Both the position numbers and the translations under genes were made by a program. A stretch of DNA of 58,550 nucleotides, from positions 1 to 58,550 of the IMG/VR virus record IMGVR_UViG_3300007513_000047, one strand, 5' to 3'. Shown here in pieces: positions 25,720 to 35,852 of this stretch (positions within the stretch are counted from its first letter, which is position 1; each line of letters starts with the position of its first letter). This stretch comes from a virus. Taxonomy: Duplodnaviria; Caudoviricetes. A model generated the notes under the pieces. The model made no database searches. It was given only the letters and a program-made list of their open reading frames with translations, and was not told the DNA's origin.

Positions 25720-28184
25720 TATGCAATCTCCTTTATAAATTCATTAACTAAAAATCTTGAGGTTGTTTTACCTTTTTGATTTCTTTTGAAGGCCGCCATT
25801 ACTCTATTCTTGTTTGCACCAATGTACTCTTCATCAAGTTCATCATCGCCTGCCGTGGCAAGTTTAGATGCATAAGTTAAGAACAATTTGTTGTACCCTT
25901 TACATTCAACTACATACCCTTGTTTTCTGGTTTCTTTCCAAAGTTCATCTGTTGAGTGATAAGCCTTGTTGCCCATTATTGCATATGCAGTATTTCTAAA
26001 ATCGTGTTTCTTAGAGAACACAAAGTATCCTGTCACGGTCACATTGCAAGTTTCTGATAACCACTCTAAAAGATTTTGAGTCGCATCGAACCTACTGTCA
26101 CCGATAGTTGAATTATCTTCGTAAAGGAAACTCTTATTGATGTATGGGTCTAAGAAATATCTCTTCTTGTTCCATCTTGCATAAGAATCTTCACCTACTT
26201 GTGCTTTTTCATCAGACCTTTCCTCAGAACTATCTGAGAAGAATCTAGAACTGTGACTGTAACCATCAGTGATAATCGTTAAGATAGATTTTTCAACTCC
26301 GTATGCGTGGTTAAACTCTGGTAAGAATTTTCTCATTGCAACTAAACAGTGGTCAAGAGGTGTTCCTCCCAATCTGTAATGGTCAGGATACATTTCATAA
26401 TGTTGGTGTTTTTCTTGTTTCTCATTATAATATGCCTCAGGATCCCAAGTTTGAACTCCATTAAAAATTCTATCGTATTCTTCAATCAAAGGTCTCTCTT
26501 TTTGTCTCCAACTGTATGTGATGTCTTGGTGCAATTTACTAACTAGTATTGAACTAAGGTTCACAAACATTTCGTTATATTCTCTGTGAGATTGTTCGTT
26601 AGAAAGTATTTCAACTAATTTGCCTTTGCCACTTGAACGATAAGGATCACCATCTTTTCTTCTAATTGCATCTGAGAACAAATACACTCTGAAAGGTATT
26701 TGAACTTTTCTGCAAAACTCAGCAAGAACAAGAGATTGTTCAAGTAAGTCTGAAACTTCTCTACTGATAGAACCAGACCAGTCAACTAAAACATTCAAAC
26801 CATGATTCTTACCATCAGGTATGTAAGTGACTCTCTTGAAAATATCATCAACTATTTGATACTTAGCAAGTCTATTCATATCGAGTTCACCACTTTTTCC
26901 TGTGAAAGCTTTTGCACTTCTTTGTGCGGTTTGTCTCATTTCAAATTCTTTTGCCATGTGAGCGACAATCTTTTTGTTCTTATCTTGAATATGTTTCTTG
27001 TAATGTTCAGCAAGAACTTTCCAATATAATCTATTATCTTTTTTTCTATCGTTATATTCAGAACGCCAAGCTTGTGATTTCTTATCTTTATGATTTGCCA
27101 TCAATTCTTCTAATCTTTCATCAAGGTCTTTGCCCGAGAAGAATTCTCTCCAATCTTCAAGAACTGTTTTGTAATCATAAAGAACATTATCAACTTTTTT
27201 ATTTTCAAATCTTTCTCTTATTGGAACAGTTGTTCTGATACAAGCATTTTCATCTATAAATTCTTCTTCATTATTATGTGCATTGTATTCAGTAAGTGAT
27301 TCTCTTGCACCCTCAGGTTCATCATATCTACCTGTGAAGTTTCCACCTTCTTTACCAGTGACTTTAATTTCTTCTTCAAGGTCTTCGCCAGGTTCTGTAC
27401 CAGGTTCTGGTACTTTCTCTTCTTCCTCTTCTTTATCTGGATTGATAGGTGAACCATAAGAATCAGTATTGTCTCCATCTGGATCTTCCGTTTCTTCATC
27501 TTCGGTTTCCCACTTAGAAGTTTCTTCTGAGTTTTCTTCTTCGCCTTCTTCATCGCCATTTTCTAGCATTTCATCAGGCACTATAAATGTAATTTGTTCG
27601 TCATTCTCGTCTCTGGTCTCATTTTCTTTTGACCACTCATAAATCTCTGTAGCAACTTCAACAACATCTTCCCATGTTTTACATGCATCTGCCTTTTTTA
27701 AGAACTGAATTAAAACTGTATCGTGAATGATGTCTACTCTAGAACCACACTTTGTAATTAGATTGATTTTATCAATCATAGAAAGTGTTTGTAAATCTCT
27801 CTCTTTAATACCAAAGAAGTCTTTGTCCATTAATTCATTATATGCCTTGAAGAATGAACCCCTTAACCCTTGATACTTCTCTTTGATTGCCTTCTCAATT
27901 CGGACATCTTCTATAACATTGAGATACCCTTTAAGAGTTTTATTCTCCATAATAGTGGAGTGAAGCCCTTCATATGGAGTATTCAACGCATGACCCACTT
28001 CATGACCCATAAACAAGTCATAAAGTTCTGGTGATATATCGTCTTTGAAAACAGGACAAGCAAGTACCCTATTCTTCACATCAAAATATGCGGTGGGTAT
28101 TGCTTTATGAACTATCGTCAAGTCCTCAGTAGCCATAAGTCTAGCGAGGTTATCTTTCTGCGTTCTTAATCTTTCGTCTACCAT
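25719..28184 (-). CDS. CobT-like protein: HExxH peptidase-like domain, acidic linker, VWA domain
   Basis: HEVGHAL, NVIEDVRIE, DWSGS MIDAS, GGTPL and ITDG; partner of the MoxR/CobS ATPase. Confidence 0.85.
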   Translation of the reverse strand: MVDERLRTQKDNLARLMATEDLTIVHKAIPTAYFDVKNRVLACPVFKDDISPELYDLFMGHEVGHALNTPYEGLHSTIMENKTLKGYLNVIEDVRIEKAIKEKYQGLRGSFFKAYNELMDKDFFGIKERDLQTLSMIDKINLITKCGSRVDIIHDTVLIQFLKKADACKTWEDVVEVATEIYEWSKENETRDENDEQITFIVPDEMLENGDEEGEEENSEETSKWETEDEETEDPDGDNTDSYGSPINPDKEEEEEKVPEPGTEPGEDLEEEIKVTGKEGGNFTGRYDEPEGARESLTEYNAHNNEEEFIDENACIRTTVPIRERFENKKVDNVLYDYKTVLEDWREFFSGKDLDERLEELMANHKDKKSQAWRSEYNDRKKDNRLYWKVLAEHYKKHIQDKNKKIVAHMAKEFEMRQTAQRSAKAFTGKSGELDMNRLAKYQIVDDIFKRVTYIPDGKNHGLNVLVDWSGSISREVSDLLEQSLVLAEFCRKVQIPFRVYLFSDAIRRKDGDPYRSSGKGKLVEILSNEQSHREYNEMFVNLSSILVSKLHQDITYSWRQKERPLIEEYDRIFNGVQTWDPEAYYNEKQEKHQHYEMYPDHYRLGGTPLDHCLVAMRKFLPEFNHAYGVEKSILTIITDGYSHSSRFFSDSSEERSDEKAQVGEDSYARWNKKRYFLDPYINKSFLYEDNSTIGDSRFDATQNLLEWLSETCNVTVTGYFVFSKKHDFRNTAYAIMGNKAYHSTDELWKETRKQGYVVECKGYNKLFLTYASKLATAGDDELDEEYIGANKNRVMAAFKRNQKGKTTSRFLVNEFIKEIA

Positions 28185-28399
28185 TCTTTGTAAAACCCTT
28201 CTTTTTCGTTATCGTTATAACCTTTCATATAAATTTTTATTTGATATGGGGTTAAATCGGTCACTCTTTTACATTTGTATGTTCCGTGAGGATAGTAATG
28301 AGGATTTATACCTCGTCTATAATAAGAGTCGCAAGTGCCTCTATCATAAAGACCACCATTGACTGTGTGTTTTTCTGGAATTCCTTCTACTTCAAACAT
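28178..28399 (-). CDS. hypothetical early protein
   Basis: GGLYDRGTCDSYYRRG..PHY; AGGAG SD behind an early promoter. Confidence 0.75.
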   Translation of the reverse strand: MFEVEGIPEKHTVNGGLYDRGTCDSYYRRGINPHYYPHGTYKCKRVTDLTPYQIKIYMKGYNDNEKEGFYKEW

Positions 28400-28413
28400 A
28401 TTTACTCCTATAA

Positions 28414-28457
28414 TTCATCATGTGTCCATGGTACTAAAAAAGTGTACCCATTGTCAA
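28414..28457 (-). promoter_or_regulatory. early promoter repeat, copy 2
   Basis: TTGACA-atgggtacacttttttag-TACCAT-ggacacatgatgaa. Confidence 0.8.
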
Positions 28458-28459
28458 AT

Positions 28460-28672
28460 TTATCCTAGGTTATCTACTGATGATTGAACATCTGAAATAT
28501 TACTATTAGCAGATTGTATCTCTGATTCAATTGAACTCAATTGACTTTCTAAAGAATCGACTTTTGATTTTAAGTCTTCAATCGTTGAACCTAATATATC
28601 ATTTATTTCAATAACTTTATCGAAATTTTTCACTACTTGTTCCATTAGTGTATTATTGGTTACTTCACTCAT
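28460..28672 (-). CDS. coiled-coil hypothetical protein
   Basis: Heptad pattern IEDLKSKVDSLESQLSSIESEIQ. Confidence 0.7.
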   Translation of the reverse strand: MSEVTNNTLMEQVVKNFDKVIEINDILGSTIEDLKSKVDSLESQLSSIESEIQSANSNISDVQSSVDNLG

Positions 28673-28976
28673 GCTTTCGCTCCTTTGTTTTTGATTACTG
28701 TTCTGATATCAGCAGCGAATTGCCAGGCGTTATAATCACCAGCACTTGCGATACCAAAATCTTTATCGTTAATAATTAATTTGTAATACTTGGCACCACT
28801 TATAAAATCTAGAAGTTCACCATCTTCGATTTTACCGGTAATCCAGTATTTGTTAAATGAACCTTTGACAGGTTGCAATTGATAACCTAGACCTTCCATA
28901 AAGTCTAGAATTTTTTGTTTGTTAAAGATACCTTCTTTCTCAGCAGGTACTTTTAAAATTGGATTGTATTTCATAT
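28669..28976 (-). CDS. hypothetical protein
   Basis: Likely start MKYNPIL after an AGGAG SD (the ORF track extends to 29025). Confidence 0.6.
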
Positions 28977-28990
28977 TACTCCTATAAATT

Positions 28991-29215
28991 TTATCCGTGA
29001 GGACCAGGAATGTTGATCCAATCATCGAACATTTGGTCCATTAAAACTGTTTTTGCAAAATCTATTATGTTTGCACCGTGGACTTTGTCTCCTGTGAATT
29101 TGGAAACTTTTGTTAGGTTTGCAGGATTAAGTGCTTTGATTACATCCATGTCTTTCATATCTGCAACATCCATTATAATGTTGTCTGCAATTATGTCATT
29201 AGCGGGGTGACTCAT
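28991..29215 (-). CDS. hypothetical early protein
   Basis: 74-aa ORF with AAGGAG SD behind an early promoter. Confidence 0.7.
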   Translation of the reverse strand: MSHPANDIIADNIIMDVADMKDMDVIKALNPANLTKVSKFTGDKVHGANIIDFAKTVLMDQMFDDWINIPGPHG

Positions 29216-29253
29216 TTTTTTACTCCTTTTTTTATTACTTTTCTCATTTCTTA

Positions 29254-29287
29254 GTCCATGGTATCAAAAAGCGCTACCCATTGTCAA
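29254..29287 (-). promoter_or_regulatory. early promoter repeat, copy 3 (diverged)
   Basis: TTGACA-atgggtagcgctttttga-TACCAT-ggac. Confidence 0.75.
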
Positions 29288-29322
29288 CCTCTGAAAGGCC
29301 TATAGGTATAAGGATTTAGAAA

Positions 29323-29970
29323 TTAATTTTCGTAAGGATTTTCTAAACGATAGGAATCTTCGTCTAGATTTAAGTCTTTTACCGGATAAATTGGCATACA
29401 TCGAGTGATGTCTGTAGTGAACCAAAATGAAACTGTATGTCTTGAATGTCTTCTAACTTTTGATACGCCGTGTGGTATGTAGATACCTTGAAACAATAAA
29501 CCTGAACCTGTTTCTGGTTCGTATGTTTCACCACCTGGAATCCATGTTCGACCACCATTAAAGTTGTCGTTTAGATATAAGATACAAGTCCATTCTCTTG
29601 AAGGTTTATCAGGACTTGATTGGTGTTTTATTTCTTGATTTGAATATGTGTCTAGATGTGGTTCTTGAACTCCGCCGATTGGCCACTCATTGAGTGCAAT
29701 CATTTCTGGAAATACAACTTGGTCTGATATCTTTCTGACTTCGCCTATAAGATTGACTACTACTTCTGATATCCAATTCCGTATATGTGGAGTGTGTATA
29801 TGCATGAATCTGATACCAGTGTAATCAGAACCATCACCTACGCCTGTTATGTGTCTATGACTCTTGTGAAATCGTATCAGTTCCTGACATCTCTCCATCG
29901 ACATCAGATTTTGAATCATTCTTGGCTTGTAGTTGCTGGAAGTATTTTGCGAGTTCATGTCTTTTTTCAT
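29323..29970 (-). CDS. 2OG-Fe(II) oxygenase (prolyl-4-hydroxylase-like)
   Basis: HLD...ILYLNDNFNGG...HGV...RHTVSFWF; the true start is probably near 29919. Confidence 0.88.
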   Translation of the reverse strand: MKKDMNSQNTSSNYKPRMIQNLMSMERCQELIRFHKSHRHITGVGDGSDYTGIRFMHIHTPHIRNWISEVVVNLIGEVRKISDQVVFPEMIALNEWPIGGVQEPHLDTYSNQEIKHQSSPDKPSREWTCILYLNDNFNGGRTWIPGGETYEPETGSGLLFQGIYIPHGVSKVRRHSRHTVSFWFTTDITRCMPIYPVKDLNLDEDSYRLENPYEN

Positions 29971-30490
29971 TCTCTAATCTCTTCTTTCGAATTTTTGGTC
30001 TGGCTTTTAATGCTCGTTCTATTTTCAACTGAGATGCTCTTTGTAGAAACAGTATACCATTCAAATGGTCTATTTCATGTTGAACACATCTTGCGCCAAT
30101 ACCTTCTAATAGTGCTGTTTGTTCTTTGCCTTCAATGTCTTGATATTTAAACTCTACTGTTTTAGACCTTTTAATCATCAAGAACATATCAGGAAATGAT
30201 AAACAACCTTCTTTCATAAGTTCTGTTTCTTGTGAAACTTTTGTCAATTCAGGATTAAAGTATGCGATATTTGATGGAGTTTTATCTCCTTCATGCATAG
30301 TTCTCATAACAAAAACTCTGTAAGGTAATCCTACTTGATTTGCAGAAAGGCCTAACCCACCAAATTTATCCATCGCTTCACCCAAGTTCTTAGCAATCTC
30401 TTTGGGGTCTTCCGGTGGGTTATCAAAATCGAACTCCGGTGGTGGAGTTCGTAATACCTTTGAAGCCTCTTCTATAAGTTTATACATCAT
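29855..30490 (-). CDS. def: peptide deformylase
   Basis: GLGLSANQVG, EGCLS and QHEIDHLNG. Confidence 0.95.
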   Translation of the reverse strand: MMYKLIEEASKVLRTPPPEFDFDNPPEDPKEIAKNLGEAMDKFGGLGLSANQVGLPYRVFVMRTMHEGDKTPSNIAYFNPELTKVSQETELMKEGCLSFPDMFLMIKRSKTVEFKYQDIEGKEQTALLEGIGARCVQHEIDHLNGILFLQRASQLKIERALKARPKIRKKRLENEKRHELAKYFQQLQAKNDSKSDVDGEMSGTDTISQES

Positions 30491-30493
30491 ATA

Positions 30494-31669
30494 TTATTTA
30501 TCAGATTCTTCTCCATGACCTTTCATAAAATATGGGTAAGCTTTTGAACCTGTTTCCCACATATCTGAACCACCAACTTCTTCTTGTTCACCAACTCTGA
30601 TACCTACAGTCTTGTTTAATATCCACCATAATAGATATGATGTAGAGAAAACAAATCCAAATATTGTGACTGTTCCATATGCTTGATGTAAGAAACTTGC
30701 ATCTGCGTTTAGTATTGGGACTAACATAAGTCCTAAAACACCTGCGACACCATGAACTGATATTGCACCAACTGGATCATCACAACCTTTTCTTTCTATC
30801 CAACTCATAACAACAGGCATCATTACTCCACCCAATGAACCATATAGTAATGCGATTAAAGGTGAAGGTGTTAATGGGTCAGCAGTTATAACTACTAGAC
30901 CTGCTAATGCACCATTTGTTGTGGCGTTTAAGGCAGTCTTACCTAACCACAGTTTAGATAATATCATTGCAGATAAAAGACCACCAGCAGCGGCAGTATT
31001 AGTGTTTACAAATATCTTTGCGACTGCATTTGCGTTCTCTACACCATCTATTGCAAGTTGTGAACCACCATTGAATCCAAACCATCCCATCCACAAAATG
31101 AGTGTGCCTAATGCGACTTGAGCCGCATTGGAACCGTGTATTGGTTTAGGTGTTCCGTCTTTTAAGTATTTACCCTTTCTTGGTCCAAGTATTAAAACTC
31201 CTGCAAGTGCGGCTGAAGCCCCAGCCATATGAACTATGCCTGAACCTGCAAAGTCAAAGAATCCTCTCTGACTCAACCAACCACCACCCCATGTCCAAGA
31301 ACCTTGAATTGGGTATATAATTGTGGTGAAGATAGCGGCAAACAATAAGAATGTCCACAGTTTCTTTCTTTCTGCGACTGCACCTGATACAACTGACATT
31401 GCAGTTGCGACAAATACTACTTGAAAAAAGAAATCAGAATACATCGAATGTGTTTCTATATCTCCCCACCCATACATAAGGGAATAACCCCCTACTAAAA
31501 ACCCTACAGATGCGACACTATAAAGTGCAACATTCTTTAAGAGTATTTCTATAACATTTTTACTTCTAACTGAACCCGCTTCTAGCATGGTAAAACCGGC
31601 TGCCATCCACATGACTAATACGCCAGACATTAAAAAGTAAAATGTGTTTAATGAATATGATAAATCCAT
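30494..31669 (-). CDS. amtB: ammonium transporter
   Basis: FDFAGSGIVH, LWMGWFGFNGGS, NTNTAAA, NGALAGLV and DDPVGAISVHG; many TM helices. Confidence 0.95.
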   Translation of the reverse strand: MDLSYSLNTFYFLMSGVLVMWMAAGFTMLEAGSVRSKNVIEILLKNVALYSVASVGFLVGGYSLMYGWGDIETHSMYSDFFFQVVFVATAMSVVSGAVAERKKLWTFLLFAAIFTTIIYPIQGSWTWGGGWLSQRGFFDFAGSGIVHMAGASAALAGVLILGPRKGKYLKDGTPKPIHGSNAAQVALGTLILWMGWFGFNGGSQLAIDGVENANAVAKIFVNTNTAAAGGLLSAMILSKLWLGKTALNATTNGALAGLVVITADPLTPSPLIALLYGSLGGVMMPVVMSWIERKGCDDPVGAISVHGVAGVLGLMLVPILNADASFLHQAYGTVTIFGFVFSTSYLLWWILNKTVGIRVGEQEEVGGSDMWETGSKAYPYFMKGHGEESDK

Positions 31670-31683
31670 TATTTTCTCCTTTA

Positions 31684-33402
31684 TTATGAAATTGATATAC
31701 GACTAAAGTTTTTATATTTTTCGAAACGAATTACTTCTTCGAACTTATCGTATAACTCTCCTCCCTTATGGGAAATAATAAAGGCGTTTGTTTTCTCATT
31801 CAATGAATTCAATAACTTTAAAAAGTCATCGGTTCCTTGAGCATCTAAAGAACTATCAAACACCTCGTCTAATATAAGTATGTTTGTATTTACTGAGTTC
31901 TTAATTCTTGCGACTGCTCTCCATGTGAAGAGTAATGCAAGGTCAATTCTCATCTTCTCACCTTGTGAAAAGTTATCATACTTAAATACATCTCTAAATC
32001 TGGATTTGATTGTTTCTTCAAATGCTTCATTCAATTCAAACCCAACATAAAATTCTAAATTGGCCAGATACTTGTTTATCATCTTATTCATTACTGGAAC
32101 ATATTGTTTAATAATTCTCTGCCTCACCCCTTGGTCTCTTAATAGGGTTGTTGCGAGGTCGTAGTAATGTTGTCTATCAGTTAGACTTTCTTTCTTAATA
32201 TGTAAAGTATCTAAATCATCTTCTGCTGTGGTCAATTTATCATGAACATTAGCATCAACAGAAGTCTCATTCTTTAAATCTTTAATCTCTTGATTCAATT
32301 TGTCTATGTATTTCTGATTAGATAAAATCTCTGTTTGATGTAATCCAATGTTTCTTTGCAGTTTTTCTATTTCATCTTGAATAAGATTTATTCTTTGGAT
32401 TTCATCGTGGCAGGCATCGATTGTTTGAGCAATCTCGTTGAGCGCCTTCTGGATTTCATTCGATTTAGCTTTTCTTTCCTTAATGTGTTTCTTCTTGTGT
32501 TCTTCATCTAACCCTTGTTTACATGTTGGACAATCATCGTTCTCTTGATAGAATAAGACATCTTGGTCAGCTTTAGCTCTGGCTTGTTCCAATTGTCTTT
32601 CTAAATCTAGTGTCTCAGTTAATCTATCTTCATTTGATTTCTTATTAGTTATGCCTTCTTTCTTTTTATCAATCTCTTTATCTTCTTGAACAACATCATT
32701 CATAACCTTTTGTATATTCTCTTGTGTCTCCTTTATGGTATTCTCATACTTCTTTATCTTCTTATCACGAGATTTTTGTAAGAGACCCATTTGTTCATTT
32801 AGACCATTTATTCTTTCTTCTAGCAATTCAATCTCATGGTTTGTTTCTCTTACATCTATATTATGTTGTGTGACTTTCTTCTTTAATATATCCTGCATTG
32901 TAGAAAAGATTGATATGTCTAGTAAATCTTCCACAAGTCTTCTTCTCTCTACCGACTTTAACTGCATAAACGGAGTAAAGTTAGCAGAACCTAATACTGC
33001 GACTTGGGTAAATGAACGATAGGACATCTTAAGAATGTTCTTCTCTAAATGTTCTTGATAATCTCTCATCGTTGCATCTTGATTGATTAATGAATCATTG
33101 ACATATAACTCAAACTTATTTGGTTTAGCGCCTCTTATAACTTTATATAATTTTCTTCCAATCTGAAATTCTATCTCTACTATCAACTCTTTACCATTGA
33201 TAGAATTAACCAACAAGTCTTTCTTTAAGTTTCTAAACCCTTTTCCATATAAACCAAAACATAATGCATCTAACAATGTAGATTTACCAGCACCATTATC
33301 ACCAACAATAAGAGTTGTTTGCGACCTGTCTAAGTCTATGGAAGTAAAAGTGTTTCCTGCCGATAACAAATTCTTGTATCGGATCTTTTTAAAATTAATC
33401 AT
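31684..33402 (-). CDS. 46: gp46 Rad50/SbcC-like recombination ATPase
   Basis: GDNGAGKST, CPTC zinc hook, FSQGEK, LDEVFD and ISH. Confidence 0.96.
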   Translation of the reverse strand: MINFKKIRYKNLLSAGNTFTSIDLDRSQTTLIVGDNGAGKSTLLDALCFGLYGKGFRNLKKDLLVNSINGKELIVEIEFQIGRKLYKVIRGAKPNKFELYVNDSLINQDATMRDYQEHLEKNILKMSYRSFTQVAVLGSANFTPFMQLKSVERRRLVEDLLDISIFSTMQDILKKKVTQHNIDVRETNHEIELLEERINGLNEQMGLLQKSRDKKIKKYENTIKETQENIQKVMNDVVQEDKEIDKKKEGITNKKSNEDRLTETLDLERQLEQARAKADQDVLFYQENDDCPTCKQGLDEEHKKKHIKERKAKSNEIQKALNEIAQTIDACHDEIQRINLIQDEIEKLQRNIGLHQTEILSNQKYIDKLNQEIKDLKNETSVDANVHDKLTTAEDDLDTLHIKKESLTDRQHYYDLATTLLRDQGVRQRIIKQYVPVMNKMINKYLANLEFYVGFELNEAFEETIKSRFRDVFKYDNFSQGEKMRIDLALLFTWRAVARIKNSVNTNILILDEVFDSSLDAQGTDDFLKLLNSLNEKTNAFIISHKGGELYDKFEEVIRFEKYKNFSRISIS

Positions 33403-34466
33403 AGATAATTATGTTCGTCTAATGCTTCATTATATAACGAAGTCATTAATTCGAATAGGGGTTTTTTCTGACCTTGTATTTCTAGTCCATCAATATACTT
33501 TTCTAATATAGTAAGAGTGTCTTCTACTCCTTCTAATTCTTTATCGTCCATTAAGTCCATATGTTTATGGTCATCTACGACAACAACATGCAATGGATTA
33601 GCGGCATGTAATTTGTCGACCATAGAATCAAACCAATATGGATTGTCTTTATTGACTACTATCATCTTCACAAATTTGCCTGTGAATTTACTGTAATCTT
33701 TATTTGATATTGTTTCAAAAGTTTCTTTTGTATCATCATAGAATAACTTTTCGAACATAGTTAATGGATTATGAACAGGAGTTATTTCTCTTGTATCTGT
33801 ATCAAATATGTGGAAGTATTTTTCATCTCCATAATCTGACCATGTGAATTGCATCTGACTTCCTAGATACCTGATATTCTTAAGTTCTGATTTTTGATGA
33901 AAGTGACCACTATAAACTTTGTCGAATCGTTTTAAATATGTGTGGTCTAGACCATGTTGACTTGTCATTCCAGGCATCATTAAAGCGCCCTCTATTTCGA
34001 AATGACCAAAACATGTATCTGCATTGGCATTTAATAAGAAGTCTACACTATCTGCATAGTTCTCATTATTAATCCAAGGAACAAGTGCAAGATTAACTCC
34101 ATCGTATTCTCTTACTGTAGGTTCTGTTATAACACTTATATTATCGTGTTCGAACAATAATAAGTCTGGTGAGTTTACTTCATTGGTATTCTTATAATAG
34201 GTATCATGATTACCAATAATCAAGTCCATAGTAATACCCCTTTCTAGCATAGGGTCTATAAAATGTTCTCTATTTGATTTTAGACTTGCAAAGTTTACAT
34301 ACTTTCTTCTATCGAAGTAATCTCCGAGATGTAAAATGTGTCCAATGTTATTTTCATCGAGATATGGGAAGAATACTTCCTCATAGAATCGGCCTTGATA
34401 TTTGGCCATCTCTAACATATCTCCTCGAACACCTGCATGAGTGTCGTTGAGTATCGCTATTTTCAT
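33399..34466 (-). CDS. 47: gp47 Mre11/SbcD-like nuclease
   Basis: DTH, GDYFD, GNHD and SGHFH phosphoesterase motifs. Confidence 0.96.
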   Translation of the reverse strand: MKIAILNDTHAGVRGDMLEMAKYQGRFYEEVFFPYLDENNIGHILHLGDYFDRRKYVNFASLKSNREHFIDPMLERGITMDLIIGNHDTYYKNTNEVNSPDLLLFEHDNISVITEPTVREYDGVNLALVPWINNENYADSVDFLLNANADTCFGHFEIEGALMMPGMTSQHGLDHTYLKRFDKVYSGHFHQKSELKNIRYLGSQMQFTWSDYGDEKYFHIFDTDTREITPVHNPLTMFEKLFYDDTKETFETISNKDYSKFTGKFVKMIVVNKDNPYWFDSMVDKLHAANPLHVVVVDDHKHMDLMDDKELEGVEDTLTILEKYIDGLEIQGQKKPLFELMTSLYNEALDEHNYL

Positions 34467-35005
34467 TCAGTAAATTTATCTAAGCCTTTATCTTTCTGTA
34501 CTTTTTTTCGTTTTGATTTTCTTGGTTCGTATTGAACACGGTTCATATTGTCTTGCATCCACTCAACATTAGTATTATGCATACCAGAAGTATCGCCATC
34601 TATTGTATCGAATGTATGTGCGGTGATATCTGATATTACTTGTTGCTTAATGAAAACTTGTTTCTTCTCTTTCTGTATCCTTCTTAGAAAGGCGTAATAA
34701 CAAATTTGTGTAATATATGCAAATGCGTTGTTAGATTTTTCTACATTGAAGTTCTTAATATACTGAATACAATTCTCGATTGCATCACATATCATTTCAT
34801 CTCTGTAAGTGTAGTTTATAAAGTTTGGTCGTGTAGATAGTCGAGTTGCAATCTTATAGATACACTCTCCTATGTAATTTGACATTTGTGGTGGGGTTCT
34901 GCCCTCTTCCTCGGCGAGTTTAACGGCGGCGTTATGTTCGGCGACTGCGGCTGTGAACTCTTTGTTATTAACATAATGTTCACTTTGTTTTTTAGTTTTT
35001 GCCAT
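34463..35005 (-). CDS. 55: late sigma factor gp55
   Basis: HYVNNKEF, NFINYTYRDEMICDAIENC and AFAYITQICYYAFLRRIQKEK. Confidence 0.96.
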   Translation of the reverse strand: MAKTKKQSEHYVNNKEFTAAVAEHNAAVKLAEEEGRTPPQMSNYIGECIYKIATRLSTRPNFINYTYRDEMICDAIENCIQYIKNFNVEKSNNAFAYITQICYYAFLRRIQKEKKQVFIKQQVISDITAHTFDTIDGDTSGMHNTNVEWMQDNMNRVQYEPRKSKRKKVQKDKGLDKFTE

Positions 35006-35012
35006 GTGGTCT

Positions 35013-35115
35013 ATTATACTAGGGTTAATGCTATAATGTAAGGGGTTTTTCTCCCTTATTTTTATTTATTTATTTTAAAAACCCCCTTGTTATAAGAAGG
35101 ATTTCGTGATATTAT
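35013..35115. promoter_or_regulatory. back-to-back divergent sigma70-like promoters
   Basis: Minus strand AAAAACCCC TTACAT-N17-TATAAT drives gene 55; plus strand AAAAACCCCC TTGTTA-N17-TATTAT (35087-35115); an AT tract lies between them. Confidence 0.6.
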
Positions 35116-35151
35116 AGCTTTGTGCCAGCGGATAGGATAGCTATTAGCAGT

Positions 35152-35268
35152 CTAATGGAAATAGACTACTCCTATTATATATCCACAAAAGAAGAAAGCA
35201 GCTGCCCATACTGGCTCCTGCTTACAAAACTCCCATATATTGGCCCAATAGTCCAAAAACTCTTTCAT
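35152..35268 (-). CDS. 38-aa membrane peptide (not in ORF track)
   Basis: MKEFLDYWANIWEFCKQEPVWAAAFFFCGYIIGVVYFH; GGAGG SD. Confidence 0.6.
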   Translation of the reverse strand: MKEFLDYWANIWEFCKQEPVWAAAFFFCGYIIGVVYFH

Positions 35269-35433
35269 CTAGAACCTCCAAGTTGCTAGGTACATTATTC
35301 CAAATGGTAATAATATTGGAAGAGTCAATAGTGTTAGGAACTCAAGTTCTTTGATGATTCTTGGTAGAACTTCTCTTGGGTCTTCAAATTCGCCCACCAT
35401 GCTCTTCGCAATGTTTAAAATTGCCGTGGTCAT
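35269..35433 (-). CDS. small membrane protein
   Basis: Likely start MTTAILN after a GGAG SD; C-terminal TM. Confidence 0.65.
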   Translation of the reverse strand: MTTAILNIAKSMVGEFEDPREVLPRIIKELEFLTLLTLPILLPFGIMYLATWRF

Positions 35434-35523
35434 GGTTTCTCCGTTATTAATAGTAATTATAATTGTATATTCACGAGAATTATACACAATCTATTTAGTA
35501 AACTTTTTGTTTTAAAATAACAA

Positions 35524-35613
35524 CTATGTGTAAAATAATATTATGAAGAAGAGTGAACCACCTATGCCGTAGACAAGAGTGCCTACAACCCATACTGGTA
35601 TTTTGTCAAACAT
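35524..35613 (-). CDS. 29-aa membrane peptide (not in ORF track)
   Basis: MFDKIPVWVVGTLVYGIGGSLFFIILFYT; TAATG overlap with the upstream ORF. Confidence 0.5.
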   Translation of the reverse strand: MFDKIPVWVVGTLVYGIGGSLFFIILFYT

Positions 35614-35804
35614 TAGTAGATTGTTTCGTGACAGATTAAATGTCTTGGTGAAGTGCCGGTACAGACTTCAATGGTATCTCTTTTCATCTCTTTTTTCTTT
35701 TCTGGTGTCGCAACTGTTTGAGTTGAAGCACAACTAACTGCAAAGATTACTAAGAATAGTATACTTAAAAATTTCATCGATTCCTTAGATTTAAAATTAA
35801 ACAC
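35613..35804 (-). CDS. small lipoprotein
   Basis: MKFLSILFLVIFAVSC lipobox (likely start at the internal Met); a further Cys pair. Confidence 0.65.
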   Translation of the reverse strand: MFNFKSKESMKFLSILFLVIFAVSCASTQTVATPEKKKEMKRDTIEVCTGTSPRHLICHETIY

Positions 35805-35852
35805 AGGTGTATTACCTGAGTAATACAGCAGATATTTATAAACTAATGAATC

